From IMG/VR virus record IMGVR_UViG_3300031994_000006, positions 143,795-207,794 of that record: a stretch of 64,000 nucleotides of DNA; one strand, given 5' to 3'. Positions 54,552 through 64,000 of this stretch are shown piece after piece (within the stretch, counting starts at the first letter, position 1; each line of letters begins with the position of its first letter). The notes under the pieces were generated by a model. It was not told the origin of the DNA. It saw only the letters and a list, made by a program, of their open reading frames with translations, and ran no database searches. Position numbers and translations under genes: made by a program. This DNA is from a virus (Duplodnaviria; Caudoviricetes).

Positions 54552-55043
54552 ATGAGGTTTTACATGACAGCTGAGTCCCAGGACAAGATCAGGGCGACGT
54601 TCCTGAACTTGAACATGTACTATATCCTGGATACGTCCGAGGTAATCAAGAACCTCGGACTGGATCTTACAAAGCCGTCCAATGTCTACTTCATATCTGA
54701 ATACATCGAGAAGACCATCGAGCAGTACTCCAAGAGCAAGCGCCTCTGGGGTATCATCTATATCAACCCGAATCTGAATCCGCAGCTCGTGTCCGCATTG
54801 AACGCGATGCTGAGGAGGATAGCGGACAGGTGTGAGGGGTGCCGTATAGACGGCACGGTCCTGATGGACCGTCAGTATTTCCCGAAGCTCAGGAATATGT
54901 GGAAACTGTTCGAGGAGGTCATGTTCTTCCCTGAGGTAAGGCGTGTGAAAATGATTGAGTGCCGGTCGTTCCTGCCTGAATCATTCTTTAAAAACGAAAA
55001 TGACGGAAATGATGGAAGCGACGGAGAAACCGAGGACTCATGA
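54552..55043 (+). CDS. hypothetical protein
   Basis: 163 aa ORF after GATATATA. Confidence 0.65.
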   Translation: MRFYMTAESQDKIRATFLNLNMYYILDTSEVIKNLGLDLTKPSNVYFISEYIEKTIEQYSKSKRLWGIIYINPNLNPQLVSALNAMLRRIADRCEGCRIDGTVLMDRQYFPKLRNMWKLFEEVMFFPEVRRVKMIECRSFLPESFFKNENDGNDGSDGETEDS

Positions 55044-55248
55044 CTGGGAAATAATCAGGATCCTTGACAAGGCTATGGCCGGAGACATAGAAGGCATGAA
55101 ACGGTATGCGAGGAGACTGGCTGTCAAGTACCGTGACGTCTATCGTGAGCCGGATTTTACGATGTGTATACTGAGCGCAATTGGCGACGTGAAGGTCCCG
55201 ATGGCGACGATGGACAAATGTGAGGAAAAATATAAGGACGGAACTTAG
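55000..55248 (+). CDS. hypothetical protein
   Basis: Short ORF; start uncertain. Confidence 0.45.
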   Translation: MTEMMEATEKPRTHDWEIIRILDKAMAGDIEGMKRYARRLAVKYRDVYREPDFTMCILSAIGDVKVPMATMDKCEEKYKDGT

Positions 55249-55258
55249 GTTCCGTCCT

Positions 55259-55798
55259 TTATAATCTGTATTTCTCAAGCAGACATTCATCAGACCAGGT
55301 GGATACCGTTTTGCCGTCCTTCTCAGTCGTCCAAGGCCAGGTGGATCTCGCGTTCATAAACACAGTCCAGCGACGCTGATTCTTCACGTCTGCGTAATAA
55401 TGCCACCATAGCCATTGCTCCCAGTAGTCGTCCTGATGGAATCCGTCGACGCCTTTCGGATACCAGACAATCTTGAATCTGACACGTCTCAGGATGACAA
55501 TCTCGAAATACGGGTTATGCTCGAACCTCGGCGTGTCGAACTTGTCCTTCCACCCGACGCCTATGATATTGACCTCGAGCAGCCTGCCGTACCTTTCGGA
55601 AGAATATGCAAACGGGCTCCTCTGGGCCTCGAATTCCTTCTGGGTTTGCAGTTTTACGAACGGCGACCTCCAGACCCACCAGAGGTCCGAAAACAACTTG
55701 TATGACGTCCAGTCGAGCAGTTTGTTATGCTTCAGCCTGTACGTCAGTCTCCAGATCCTATTTCTTAAGCGTCTCATCCAGTTCATTGTCGATTTCAT
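55259..55798 (-). CDS. hypothetical Trp-rich phage protein
   Basis: GWKDKFDTPRFEHNP...YWEQWLWW. Confidence 0.65.
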   Translation of the reverse strand: MKSTMNWMRRLRNRIWRLTYRLKHNKLLDWTSYKLFSDLWWVWRSPFVKLQTQKEFEAQRSPFAYSSERYGRLLEVNIIGVGWKDKFDTPRFEHNPYFEIVILRRVRFKIVWYPKGVDGFHQDDYWEQWLWWHYYADVKNQRRWTVFMNARSTWPWTTEKDGKTVSTWSDECLLEKYRL

Positions 55799-56240
55799 TC
55801 AGTTTCGGTATTATGTCGGTCCATGTGTCCATGAATTCATCAACGGGCATTTCGTTCCGCACGAGCAGCTGTGTCCGTCCTTTGTCTTTCGGGCATTTGA
55901 AAACGGAGAACATAATATTCTCGGGTATGTCCGGATCCTCCTCTATGTACGGGGCGGACGAGACGGACAGCCACAGCCTGTATCCGTGCCGGAACTCGAG
56001 TATGAGATCGATTACGATACACGGATTATGGTCGTTGCCGTCATCGTCCCATGTCTCATGATACGCCTGTATACAGCAGTCCTTCACAGGCAGGGCCGAC
56101 AGCTCCCATATAAGCCGTTCGGATCTCCCGGTGCACCATTCGATCTCACCGTCATACAGGCCGAGCTTATCGTCAAGATACCTGGTATAACTCCGCATCA
56201 TCATCTCCATGCGGTCACGCCGTTCAGGGGTCATCCTCAT
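55758..56240 (-). CDS. hypothetical protein
   Basis: Likely start MRMTPE, overlapping the upstream stop. Confidence 0.6.
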   Translation of the reverse strand: MRMTPERRDRMEMMMRSYTRYLDDKLGLYDGEIEWCTGRSERLIWELSALPVKDCCIQAYHETWDDDGNDHNPCIVIDLILEFRHGYRLWLSVSSAPYIEEDPDIPENIMFSVFKCPKDKGRTQLLVRNEMPVDEFMDTWTDIIPKLNEIDNELDETLKK

Positions 56241-57124
56241 AACAGACCCGCCTGTTTGATTTCCGGCATGCACGGACGGTCCTGACAGTACAGGAGATTG
56301 AACTCCGCGAATTTATCCCTGATGGAGAAGTCAAGCTTGGTCCATGTCTTCTTAAGGAGTTTCCTGGACATCGGCGTGGACTTGTCCGCCGCGGCTATCG
56401 AACCGGCGATACATGCCATCGTATCGGTATCGCCGCCCATCCATATGGCGTTGCGGAGCACGTCATCGAAACAGAACGCATTCAGCCAGCATTCAATAGA
56501 CTCGGGCACCGACTTGTCACATGACACCTCGAACTTGTAGTCCTTCTGTTTCATCACAAGAGGTACTGTCAGCAGGTCGGGATAATAATCCGCCTTGATC
56601 TTGGCGATGACGTCGCCGCGGTCCCATCCGCTCTTCATGAGGAATATCGCGACGGCGACGGCCTTGGCGGCCCTGATCGCCTGCTCGCTGTTGTGCGTCG
56701 GCATACATGACATCTCGGCGAGCTGCATGGCGTCCTGCTCGGAATCGGCCCACCAGCCGACCGGCGACACGCGCATCGCGGCCCCGTTGCCCCATGAGCC
56801 GTACGGTTTGCGAAGTTCCTGGTCGGTCCGGAACCATTCCTTGAACTTCGGCCCGTAGCCTACCTTGCCGAGATATTCACGGCACCAGGCGACGAGCTTG
56901 TTTTCAAGATCCCCGGCGTTCAGCGATCCCTCGAGGATCCAGTCGGCGACGGCGGCCGTACAGACCGTGTCGTCGGTAAAACGGCCGGGCACGAGCTTAA
57001 GCCCGCGCTCAGCCTTCTTTCTTGTGCCGTCCTCATTCTTCGCGAACTCCCACTCACTGCCGCACATATCGCCTGCGGCGGCGCCGAAGAGTCCCGGACA
57101 GCTGTAGTCTATAAGGTATCCCAT
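56237..57124 (-). CDS. ADP-ribosylglycohydrolase (DraG/ARH family)
   Basis: GAAAGDMCGS, FTDDT, SWGNGAAMRVSP and GGDTDT motifs. Confidence 0.92.
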   Translation of the reverse strand: MGYLIDYSCPGLFGAAAGDMCGSEWEFAKNEDGTRKKAERGLKLVPGRFTDDTVCTAAVADWILEGSLNAGDLENKLVAWCREYLGKVGYGPKFKEWFRTDQELRKPYGSWGNGAAMRVSPVGWWADSEQDAMQLAEMSCMPTHNSEQAIRAAKAVAVAIFLMKSGWDRGDVIAKIKADYYPDLLTVPLVMKQKDYKFEVSCDKSVPESIECWLNAFCFDDVLRNAIWMGGDTDTMACIAGSIAAADKSTPMSRKLLKKTWTKLDFSIRDKFAEFNLLYCQDRPCMPEIKQAGLL

Positions 57125-57125
57125 A

Positions 57126-59297
57126 TTACAATAGCGATTTCATTGTAGGCCCGGCCGGACGGGGATCCGGGATGTAGTCGGCCGACGGATCCCGTACCGG
57201 CTCCTCTTTCGAGGGACGGGGCACCCCGTATGTATCGAGGAATTCATCCTCGGTCAGAATGGTCAGTCCGAGGTCCCTGGCCTTGGACACCTTGGCCGGA
57301 CCGGGGTTGTCGCCGGTCACCAGGCACGTGAGCTTCTTGCTGACGCTGTGTCCGCACTTGGCGCCGTAGGACTCGAGCACGGCCTCCACCATATCACCCT
57401 CCCAGTAGCGGGACTTGCCGGTGAACACGAGCTGCACGCCCTTGAGCGCCTCACCCTTCATCTGGGCCTCGTCCTGTCCCTCGGCGTAGACGGTCGCCAT
57501 ACCGTAATGCTCGAGCATGTTCAGCCAGTACTCACCTTCCTCCTGCATGAACGCACGGACGTTACAGGCCTTGACAGGACCGAAGTCCTCGATGGCCGCA
57601 AGTTCGTCCTCTGACGCGGCGATAATAGCCTTCAGGCTCTTGAAGTGCTGCGCGAGCCTCTTGGAGTGACGCTTGCCGATGCCGTCTATCGACATGCCGT
57701 AGATGATGCACTCGAGCGGCTTGGACATCGACTTCTTGATCTCGTCGAACAGCTTCTTGACGGATCTCTCACCGTATCCCTCACCGAGCTGTGAGGCGAT
57801 AAAGCCCGGACGCTGATTTGTCGCCATATCATAGAGGTCGAACGGCTCGACGGCGATGTTCTTGCTGACCAGGTCGTCGGCGGTGGACTCGCCCATGCCC
57901 TCGATGTTCATGCAGTCCTTGGCGCACCACTGCATCAGGCGGCGGACGGTCTGCGCGGGACACTGACGGTTGGGGCATTCCCAGATCTCGCCGTTCTTCT
58001 CGAGCGGGGCGCCGCAGTCGGGACATACGGTCGGGAACTCGATGCCGATCGGGGCATACGGGTTGGGGCCGGGAGTCGAATCCGGAGAGGTCAGCCTGCA
58101 CCAGTCCTCATAGGACGACTTGCCGACGACCTTCGGGATAACGCCGCCTGAACGGACGATCTCCACATAGTCGTTGACATGGAGGTCGAACTTGCGGATA
58201 TACGACTCATTGGGCAGGATGACGTTGCTGATGGTCACGCCGTCACACTGCACTGGATCGAGCACGGCGACCGGCGTGATATGACCGGTACGGCCGGTAA
58301 AGAAGTCCACACGCTGGATACGGGTGATACAGGCGCGCTCTTCGTTCCATTTACGTGCGATACCCCATCCGATGGCACGGTGCGCGTCACGGTTGAAGTC
58401 CTCACGGTCCCGGTTCATGTCAAGCTTGACGACGATGCCGTCATAGTCCCAGTCGACCTTGCCGTCCAGGTGCTCCTCCTTCCACTCGGTCACGGCCGTG
58501 CAGAAGCGGCGGATGCCGCCCTCGCCCACGACGATGCGCTCCGGCATGGTGCCTTCCTCGAACTTGAATCCCTGCTGGCTCAGGAACAGCATGCGCTCAT
58601 AGTGCGACTGCAGTCCGTCCTCACCGGGCATATAGGCGTCCCATGCACGGAAAATAAGGTTGCGTGATGCCGTGACGGCCGGATTGAGCTGCTTGAGCGA
58701 TCCCGCACAGGCGTTGCGGGTATTGGCGAACGGCTTCTCAGCGGTCCTGTTAAGCTCGGCCAGCACGCTCTTCGGCATGAGGACCTCACCGCGGATGAAC
58801 ACGTCGCCCTTCAGGCCCTGGACACGAAGGGGGATATCCTTGACGGTACGCGCATTGGCGGTCACGTCATCGCCTACGGTCTTGTCGCCGCGGGTAGAGG
58901 CTGATACGAGCACGCCGTTGCTGTAGTGCAGCTCGAGCGACACACCGTCATACTTCGGACTGATGGTGAACGCGACGGCGCCATTTGAAGAACCGATGAT
59001 GCCGGTCACCCAGTCACGGAGCTCCTCGTCGTTATAGGTATTCTCGATGGTCAGCATGGGCACCGGATGCCTCACCTTGCCGAAACCGTCCTGAAGGTCG
59101 GATCCGACGCGGAGCGTAGGCGAATAGGGAAGCGCGACACCCGTCCGGCGCTCCATCTGCTGGAGCTTCTTCAGCTCCATGTCGAAGGCCTCGTCGGTCA
59201 TCAGCGGAAGGTTCTTAACGTAATAGGCCTCGGATGCTACCGCGAGGCGGTCGGTGAGCTGTCTCTGCTCTTCTGATACTGTACCTGAAATTCTCAT
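57126..59297 (-). CDS. ligA: NAD-dependent DNA ligase
   Basis: KYDG adenylation motif, STRGD, RGEV, DGIVVK, Zn finger, HhH, C-terminal BRCT. Confidence 0.95.
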   Translation of the reverse strand: MRISGTVSEEQRQLTDRLAVASEAYYVKNLPLMTDEAFDMELKKLQQMERRTGVALPYSPTLRVGSDLQDGFGKVRHPVPMLTIENTYNDEELRDWVTGIIGSSNGAVAFTISPKYDGVSLELHYSNGVLVSASTRGDKTVGDDVTANARTVKDIPLRVQGLKGDVFIRGEVLMPKSVLAELNRTAEKPFANTRNACAGSLKQLNPAVTASRNLIFRAWDAYMPGEDGLQSHYERMLFLSQQGFKFEEGTMPERIVVGEGGIRRFCTAVTEWKEEHLDGKVDWDYDGIVVKLDMNRDREDFNRDAHRAIGWGIARKWNEERACITRIQRVDFFTGRTGHITPVAVLDPVQCDGVTISNVILPNESYIRKFDLHVNDYVEIVRSGGVIPKVVGKSSYEDWCRLTSPDSTPGPNPYAPIGIEFPTVCPDCGAPLEKNGEIWECPNRQCPAQTVRRLMQWCAKDCMNIEGMGESTADDLVSKNIAVEPFDLYDMATNQRPGFIASQLGEGYGERSVKKLFDEIKKSMSKPLECIIYGMSIDGIGKRHSKRLAQHFKSLKAIIAASEDELAAIEDFGPVKACNVRAFMQEEGEYWLNMLEHYGMATVYAEGQDEAQMKGEALKGVQLVFTGKSRYWEGDMVEAVLESYGAKCGHSVSKKLTCLVTGDNPGPAKVSKARDLGLTILTEDEFLDTYGVPRPSKEEPVRDPSADYIPDPRPAGPTMKSLL

Positions 59298-59318
59298 ATT
59301 ATACTGGTTTTAAAATTC

Positions 59319-59386
59319 TATACCGCAAAGATAGCAGTTTTATTTGAAACGACAAAATCCTGCAGCGTTTTTCTGCAGGATTCAGC
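59319..59386 (-). promoter_or_regulatory. conserved hairpin + Bacteroidota-type promoter module, copy 3
   Basis: Hairpin identical to copy 1; GCTATCTTTGCGGTATA upstream of ligA. Confidence 0.7.
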
Positions 59387-60028
59387 TTAATATTGCAATG
59401 TAAGCGGACCGGAGAGCACCATAATCTCGTTTCCCCTCTCCAGCCGTATCTTGCCAAGCCATATATCGGACGCCCGGCCTTTCCTTATGTCTTCATTATA
59501 TGCAGCGACCTTGGCCTTAAGCAGCTGCATGCCCACACGCCTGTTCTCTGTTATGTTACGCGATCTGACGGAAAGGACCTGGAGCCCGGTCGGCACGTGC
59601 GTCAGCCTGACAGCGGATTCGACCCTGTTCAGGTGCTGCCCGCCGGCGCCGGCCCTGTTGCTCAGCCGCTCTATACGGACGTCCTTCTCATCGAATTCGG
59701 CGGGGTTGTCAGTGAACTCGAAGAACTTCACGCCGATATACCAGTTCTTCCTCTTATGCTCGGGCCTGATCTCGTTCCTGGTGCATACGTATTTGACGGT
59801 GCCTTCCCATTCCTGCATCATGACAAGCATATCGATATCGTCGACGTCGTCCAGTCCGACCGTAATAGACTTGTATCCGCACATGTCACCGTCAGTATAT
59901 TCAATGATGCTGAACGACAGACGGTCGTGCCTCTTCTTGAACTCGCGGAACACAGCGGCACAGGCGGCCTCGCACTCGGCGGGTCCCCGGCCTGCCGAGA
60001 ACTGTATGAAATAACGGAAATCCTTCAT
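59387..60028 (-). CDS. prfH: peptide chain release factor H-like ribosome rescue factor
   Basis: QFSAGRGPAEC N-terminus, W.GT...C....RP.HKRKNWYIGV, GAGGQHLN, SAVRLTHVPTG. Confidence 0.8.
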   Translation of the reverse strand: MKDFRYFIQFSAGRGPAECEAACAAVFREFKKRHDRLSFSIIEYTDGDMCGYKSITVGLDDVDDIDMLVMMQEWEGTVKYVCTRNEIRPEHKRKNWYIGVKFFEFTDNPAEFDEKDVRIERLSNRAGAGGQHLNRVESAVRLTHVPTGLQVLSVRSRNITENRRVGMQLLKAKVAAYNEDIRKGRASDIWLGKIRLERGNEIMVLSGPLTLQY

Positions 60029-60108
60029 AATGATTTAACGCGTATAAAAGAAAAAAGCCCGCTGACACGGGCTTTTATTCTTCTTTATTCTCCTTTATTC
60101 TTCCTTAT

Positions 60109-60573
60109 TCAACTGATGAACTCGGAAGGATGTGAGATCATGCTCGGATCCGGCTGACGGGCCTCCGGGACGTCTATCACACCGGGAACCGGACACATCA
60201 CCTTGGGCATGTCGGGCTGATAGGTGTTATCATGCGTGGCCATCCAGTCGGCGAGCGCGCCGGTCATGTCGTTACGGAGCCTGATGATTTCCGCGACCTT
60301 GTCGAATGCCTTCATGATGCCGTCCTTCATGCCCTCGTACATGTCCCTGGAAGAACACGGACACTCCTTCCAGTTATCGATGGCGCCTTCGACGGCCTGA
60401 CGGAGATATACGAGATCCTTGCCGGCATCCTCTGTAATCGAGTACAGCACCTGCGGAGCCTCATACGGCTCTATGGTGTCGTTATCGAGCCTTACCCGAA
60501 CCTCCTCGAGGTATGAGGGATCCCAGCCGTAATCGTTGAATTCGACTTTACAGTCGTTGAGCTGATATTCCAT
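60109..60573 (-). CDS. hypothetical protein
   Basis: 154 aa ORF. Confidence 0.6.
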   Translation of the reverse strand: MEYQLNDCKVEFNDYGWDPSYLEEVRVRLDNDTIEPYEAPQVLYSITEDAGKDLVYLRQAVEGAIDNWKECPCSSRDMYEGMKDGIMKAFDKVAEIIRLRNDMTGALADWMATHDNTYQPDMPKVMCPVPGVIDVPEARQPDPSMISHPSEFIS

Positions 60574-61307
60574 TTGAATTTCCTTTTGATGAAAATAGGT
60601 ATGCGGTTCTTATACATTCCGATTTCGACCTTTTTCCTGTGAATGAACCTGAACTTGCCGTCAAGCGGCTGATTGGATTCGGAAAAACCGGCCGGAATCG
60701 TCCATCCGGTCAGTGTCAAGGTGCCCGGTACAGCGGAAGCACCGTCCGGCTCCTGTTCCGCCTGGCGCCAGGGCCGGTTCTGATACGGCCAGCACCATCC
60801 GCCGGAATTAGGATATCCGTTCCCGGGGCATCCGGGGAAGTCTCCTACCCTGAACATGTCCGCTTGGCAGTCATCGACTGTAATAGAATTCTGGACGCAT
60901 TCGTTTGCATTGAGATAATATCCGTTGACGGCGGAGTCTGCATTGATGGCCGTAATGGCCGTAACGGCATTGTTTGCCGTATTAACCTGATATACTGACG
61001 CCGCGCAGTTCGGACCGGCCTCAACCGTATAGGCACGTGCTGCAATATCGCTTGAGACGACTTTCAACTTACCCGCGTCCGTCTCGATTGACAGATTGCC
61101 GTCGGCGTCCGCCGTGATGCTGTTGACCGTCATCGGCTTGATGCAGTCCTCGATTTCCATGGAAATATGATGGTTCATCTCCATGCAGGCAATTATATCC
61201 GATTGTCCGCCACCCTTTATAATACAGTCGGCGGCGACCGGCGCGGTCTTGGCCTGTGCTACGGTCCCGATACAGACTGTATTATTTTTCTGCTTCTTAT
61301 GAGCCAT
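60492..61307 (-). CDS. hypothetical protein
   Basis: 271 aa ORF; the 3' end overlaps the next gene. Confidence 0.55.
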   Translation of the reverse strand: MAHKKQKNNTVCIGTVAQAKTAPVAADCIIKGGGQSDIIACMEMNHHISMEIEDCIKPMTVNSITADADGNLSIETDAGKLKVVSSDIAARAYTVEAGPNCAASVYQVNTANNAVTAITAINADSAVNGYYLNANECVQNSITVDDCQADMFRVGDFPGCPGNGYPNSGGWCWPYQNRPWRQAEQEPDGASAVPGTLTLTGWTIPAGFSESNQPLDGKFRFIHRKKVEIGMYKNRIPIFIKRKFKWNISSTTVKSNSTITAGIPHTSRRFG

Positions 61308-61319
61308 CCCATAGGCAGG

Positions 61320-61670
61320 TTATTTTTTCACGGTGTCCGTGATACCGGGGATGGGAGTATCGCCGAAGTACTCCATATAGGTCTCAATGGCGATCTCGCG
61401 CTGCTCCTTCAGGTCGACGAGCTCGCCGCGGACGGTCAGGATGTCCTTGATCCACTTGGCGGCGTCGATATCGGGGATATCGAGGGAGTCCTTGGACTTG
61501 GGCGCGAGGTCGGTGAGCTGGAACTCCTTCATCTCACGGTCCGCGATCTCATTGTCGAGCTGCATCAGGTATGATGCGAACGTGTTACGTACACGGGCGT
61601 TGAGGTTACCCGCTCTCTGCTGCAGGACGGCATCGCCGCCCTTTGCAATCTGGTCAAGAAATTTTCCCAT
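61320..61670 (-). CDS. hypothetical coiled-coil protein
   Basis: 116 aa ORF with strong codon bias. Confidence 0.7.
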   Translation of the reverse strand: MGKFLDQIAKGGDAVLQQRAGNLNARVRNTFASYLMQLDNEIADREMKEFQLTDLAPKSKDSLDIPDIDAAKWIKDILTVRGELVDLKEQREIAIETYMEYFGDTPIPGITDTVKK

Positions 61671-61709
61671 AATTTTCTGGATTTGATTGTTGTTTAAACT
61701 ATATATTAA

Positions 61710-62276
61710 TCACTTGATTTCCTTGCAGTATTCAGGGGATTCGTATACCGTCTGGTTACAGTGCGGACAGATGCATCCCTGCTTGTTATGGTACATCGGC
61801 ATCCAGTCCGAGTCCCTGTTCTGGAAGACATGCCCGCATACCGGACACGTGACCTCCCAGTTCTTCGGGAACTCCTCGTCGGCCACCCTGTATGATTTGT
61901 CCTCAATGTCCCGGATCCTGTCATGGAGCTCCCTGATACGATTCTCCATACACTCATACCTGGTCGTGAACAGCTTAAGGGACCGGTTCTCGATATGTCC
62001 CTGTGCGTCGCGGTAGGTATAGTATACCAGGGTATTCGTTATATCCGGATTACAGGTGAACAGATCGATGTTCAGCAGCCATCCGTCACGTCTGTCGCCG
62101 CGTATGCCGCACTCATGCAGTGTCGGATACAGATGGACCCTGAGCAGATCTGATATTTTGTTTATGACCTTAGCTTCCTGAAGAGTGTCGTCGACCGACA
62201 TCCACCACAGGCTGTCGCCTTCATTGACGTCAGAGAGGGACTTCAGATGCACCTTTGCGATATTCAGTCTGCCCAT
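61710..62276 (-). CDS. hypothetical protein with C-terminal Zn ribbon
   Basis: CPVCG...CPHC; likely start MGRLNIAK. Confidence 0.6.
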   Translation of the reverse strand: MGRLNIAKVHLKSLSDVNEGDSLWWMSVDDTLQEAKVINKISDLLRVHLYPTLHECGIRGDRRDGWLLNIDLFTCNPDITNTLVYYTYRDAQGHIENRSLKLFTTRYECMENRIRELHDRIRDIEDKSYRVADEEFPKNWEVTCPVCGHVFQNRDSDWMPMYHNKQGCICPHCNQTVYESPEYCKEIK

Positions 62277-62277
62277 G

Positions 62278-62445
62278 TCACTTGACCTTCCAAATCTTGT
62301 ATATGCAATAACCAAGGCCTGCAGCTATGATCCACCAGGGGATCAGTTTGAAAGCCAGCCAGATAAGCGCCAGTATCAGTGCGGCAATCACGGGTACCGC
62401 AAACACAACCAGATACGCACTTGCAGGAATTTTAGGTTCTTTCAT
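62278..62445 (-). CDS. small membrane protein (55 aa)
   Basis: MKEPKIPASAYLVVFAVPVIAALILALIWLAFKLIPWWIIAAGLGYCIYKIWKVK; not in the ORF track; fills the gap exactly. Confidence 0.6.
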   Translation of the reverse strand: MKEPKIPASAYLVVFAVPVIAALILALIWLAFKLIPWWIIAAGLGYCIYKIWKVK

Positions 62446-63053
62446 TATCTTAAATCGTTTTCGTTGGTAAACTCAATTACGGTCGTGCCCTTGCCGATCT
62501 TGACACGTCTCAGCAGGCCGTTGACGCCTTTGTCTATAAAGGCCTTCAAGAGTTTCGGCTGGATCGGATATGCCGAGGATATCTTCTTCACATTTTCCAC
62601 AGCATCGTCATAATTCGAATAGCCACATGCGTCACTGTCCCATCTGAACGAGTAACCGCTGCTGATAGACTTCCAGCGGCCGAGGCCGTTACGGCCCTGT
62701 ATGACGAATTTGCCGCCGCTGTTCTTGATGATACGGTAACCCGTGACGGTATGGCCGTTGATGAATACCGTCATCATTATCAGCCGGCCGATTATCATCA
62801 TTGAGAATACGGACATCGCTATTACCATGGAATCCTTAAATGCTGCCGAGGCTTCTCCTCCTGTGCATAATATTACAATATAAATAATCAGCATTGCAAA
62901 AGCGATTATTGCCGTCAGAACGGAGAAAATCGTATTCAATGTAACATCCATGTCATTGACCGTGTAGTCAACCGTCCGGTATTCATATCCTTTGTATTTC
63001 TTGTAGCTCATATGAATTAAACGACGGACGTGTCCGAAGGCCACATCCGTCAT
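62445..63053 (-). CDS. membrane protein (2 TM)
   Basis: Two hydrophobic helices followed by TGYRII; paralogue-like to the next gene. Confidence 0.65.
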   Translation of the reverse strand: MTDVAFGHVRRLIHMSYKKYKGYEYRTVDYTVNDMDVTLNTIFSVLTAIIAFAMLIIYIVILCTGGEASAAFKDSMVIAMSVFSMMIIGRLIMMTVFINGHTVTGYRIIKNSGGKFVIQGRNGLGRWKSISSGYSFRWDSDACGYSNYDDAVENVKKISSAYPIQPKLLKAFIDKGVNGLLRRVKIGKGTTVIEFTNENDLR

Positions 63054-63056
63054 ATT

Positions 63057-63626
63057 CTATGTAAACTCTATCAGCGTTTTTTCGTTTTTGCTGAACTCGT
63101 CGATACACGTCCGCCGCAGGACCGCGTCAAGTCCCTGCTTCCTGGCCTCCCAGTAGTCGATATCGACCGGATGGGTCTTCATGCGTTTCTTAAGGAATTC
63201 CTCGGCGTCCTTGTATGCCTTATACGTACTCGGATGCTTCTTGGTATCGGCATCGCTCAGCAGGTTGCCGTAGCTTGACAGATCATTCCACTCATGATAA
63301 GCGTCACGCTGCTGTACCGCATACTCGACATATCCCTCCTTCCATGTAGGCCTGCGGACCTCGATGATACGGTATCCGGTGGGCACGCGTCTCTGTATGT
63401 CACCGACCTTATACAGCTGATCCATGGCCAGCAACAGAAGACCGCCGACGCTCATGCCGGCGAGCAGCATCAATACCGAATAATGGAAGAACATGTCACC
63501 ATGATGCACGGCCGATGAAATTATCACCACGACGACTAATATCAACGGGAAGAACAGCATTGTATAACCGAATGTCCCAAGGCCGGACTCGCCGGGTTTG
63601 CCGTATTTGTAATAATATGATTTCAT
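63057..63626 (-). CDS. membrane protein (2 TM)
   Basis: Two hydrophobic helices, PTGYRII, ends LIEFT like the neighbour's VIEFT. Confidence 0.65.
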   Translation of the reverse strand: MKSYYYKYGKPGESGLGTFGYTMLFFPLILVVVVIISSAVHHGDMFFHYSVLMLLAGMSVGGLLLLAMDQLYKVGDIQRRVPTGYRIIEVRRPTWKEGYVEYAVQQRDAYHEWNDLSSYGNLLSDADTKKHPSTYKAYKDAEEFLKKRMKTHPVDIDYWEARKQGLDAVLRRTCIDEFSKNEKTLIEFT

Positions 63627-63649
63627 TTATAATAATTTTAAGCAAAACA

Positions 63650-64000
63650 CTATTCCTTGTCAAGGCATACTATACCGATTCCGGCAAGCAGCAGGTAATA
63701 CTGGGTGACTGCTATCTCATTGACAGCCGGGAATTTCTTCCTGAGCCTGTCCGTCAGTTCGACAAGCCTGTTGTTCGCGTCAGGCTCCTTCTCAAGTATG
63801 CTGATAATCTCATTGATAACGGCATTGTCATCATCTGACAGGTGACTCCTGAGCTCGTCGAGCAGGGCCTCCTTCTGCTGTTCAGGAGGCAACTGCTCGA
63901 CCATGGCGTACCACTCCTCGAATCCCTCACGGTCAGGACCGGTCTTCTCGGCGGCGGTCGCCCCGGATAAAAGAAGATTCCTGACGCCGTCAGGTCTCAG
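63650..64000 (-). CDS. hypothetical protein, 5' end outside the window
   Basis: Frame stays open from 64000 to the stop at 63650. Confidence 0.55.
   Translation of the reverse strand: MRPDGVRNLLLSGATAAEKTGPDREGFEEWYAMVEQLPPEQQKEALLDELRSHLSDDDNAVINEIISILEKEPDANNRLVELTDRLRKKFPAVNEIAVTQYYLLLAGIGIVCLDKE

Overview
A 64-kb segment of a large T4-like (jumbo) myophage genome using the standard genetic code. The host is very likely Bacteroidota, Prevotella-like: TAnnTTTG promoters, rrn boxA-like GTTCTTTGAC sites, a tmRNA resuming on Gly and Prevotella-type lipoproteins all point that way. Core genes include a probable sliding clamp, NrdD/NrdG, a 3'-phosphatase, baseplate/gp5-like genes, an RNase H-like 5' nuclease, a DnaQ-like exonuclease, gp46/Rad50, LigA, PrfH, an ADP-ribosylglycohydrolase, an amidase and a lysozyme-like protein. 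The middle (15.3-34.9 kb) is a large RNA island with 44 recognisable tRNAs, a tmRNA and many aberrant tRNA-like or structured RNAs. Main discovery candidate: each of the two tRNA arrays is preceded by a 37-38 codon leader ORF (15328-15441 and 29834-29950, both absent from the ORF track). The codons of each leader match, down to the isoacceptor, the tRNAs in the array behind it. Each leader is coupled to mutually exclusive antiterminator/terminator stems, which suggests ribosome-mediated attenuators that switch on replacement tRNAs when host tRNAs are depleted. Other strong signals are ten copies of a Y-RNA-like scaffold (GGCTAT...TACTTCT...TTCC) carrying different tRNA-mimic inserts, and four neighbouring genes built as polyproteins of LRR and other modules, each module starting with the motif E-AF[RK]AGNxARK[KQ]E[ST] (16 copies). 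All calls were made by eye; no database searches were run.
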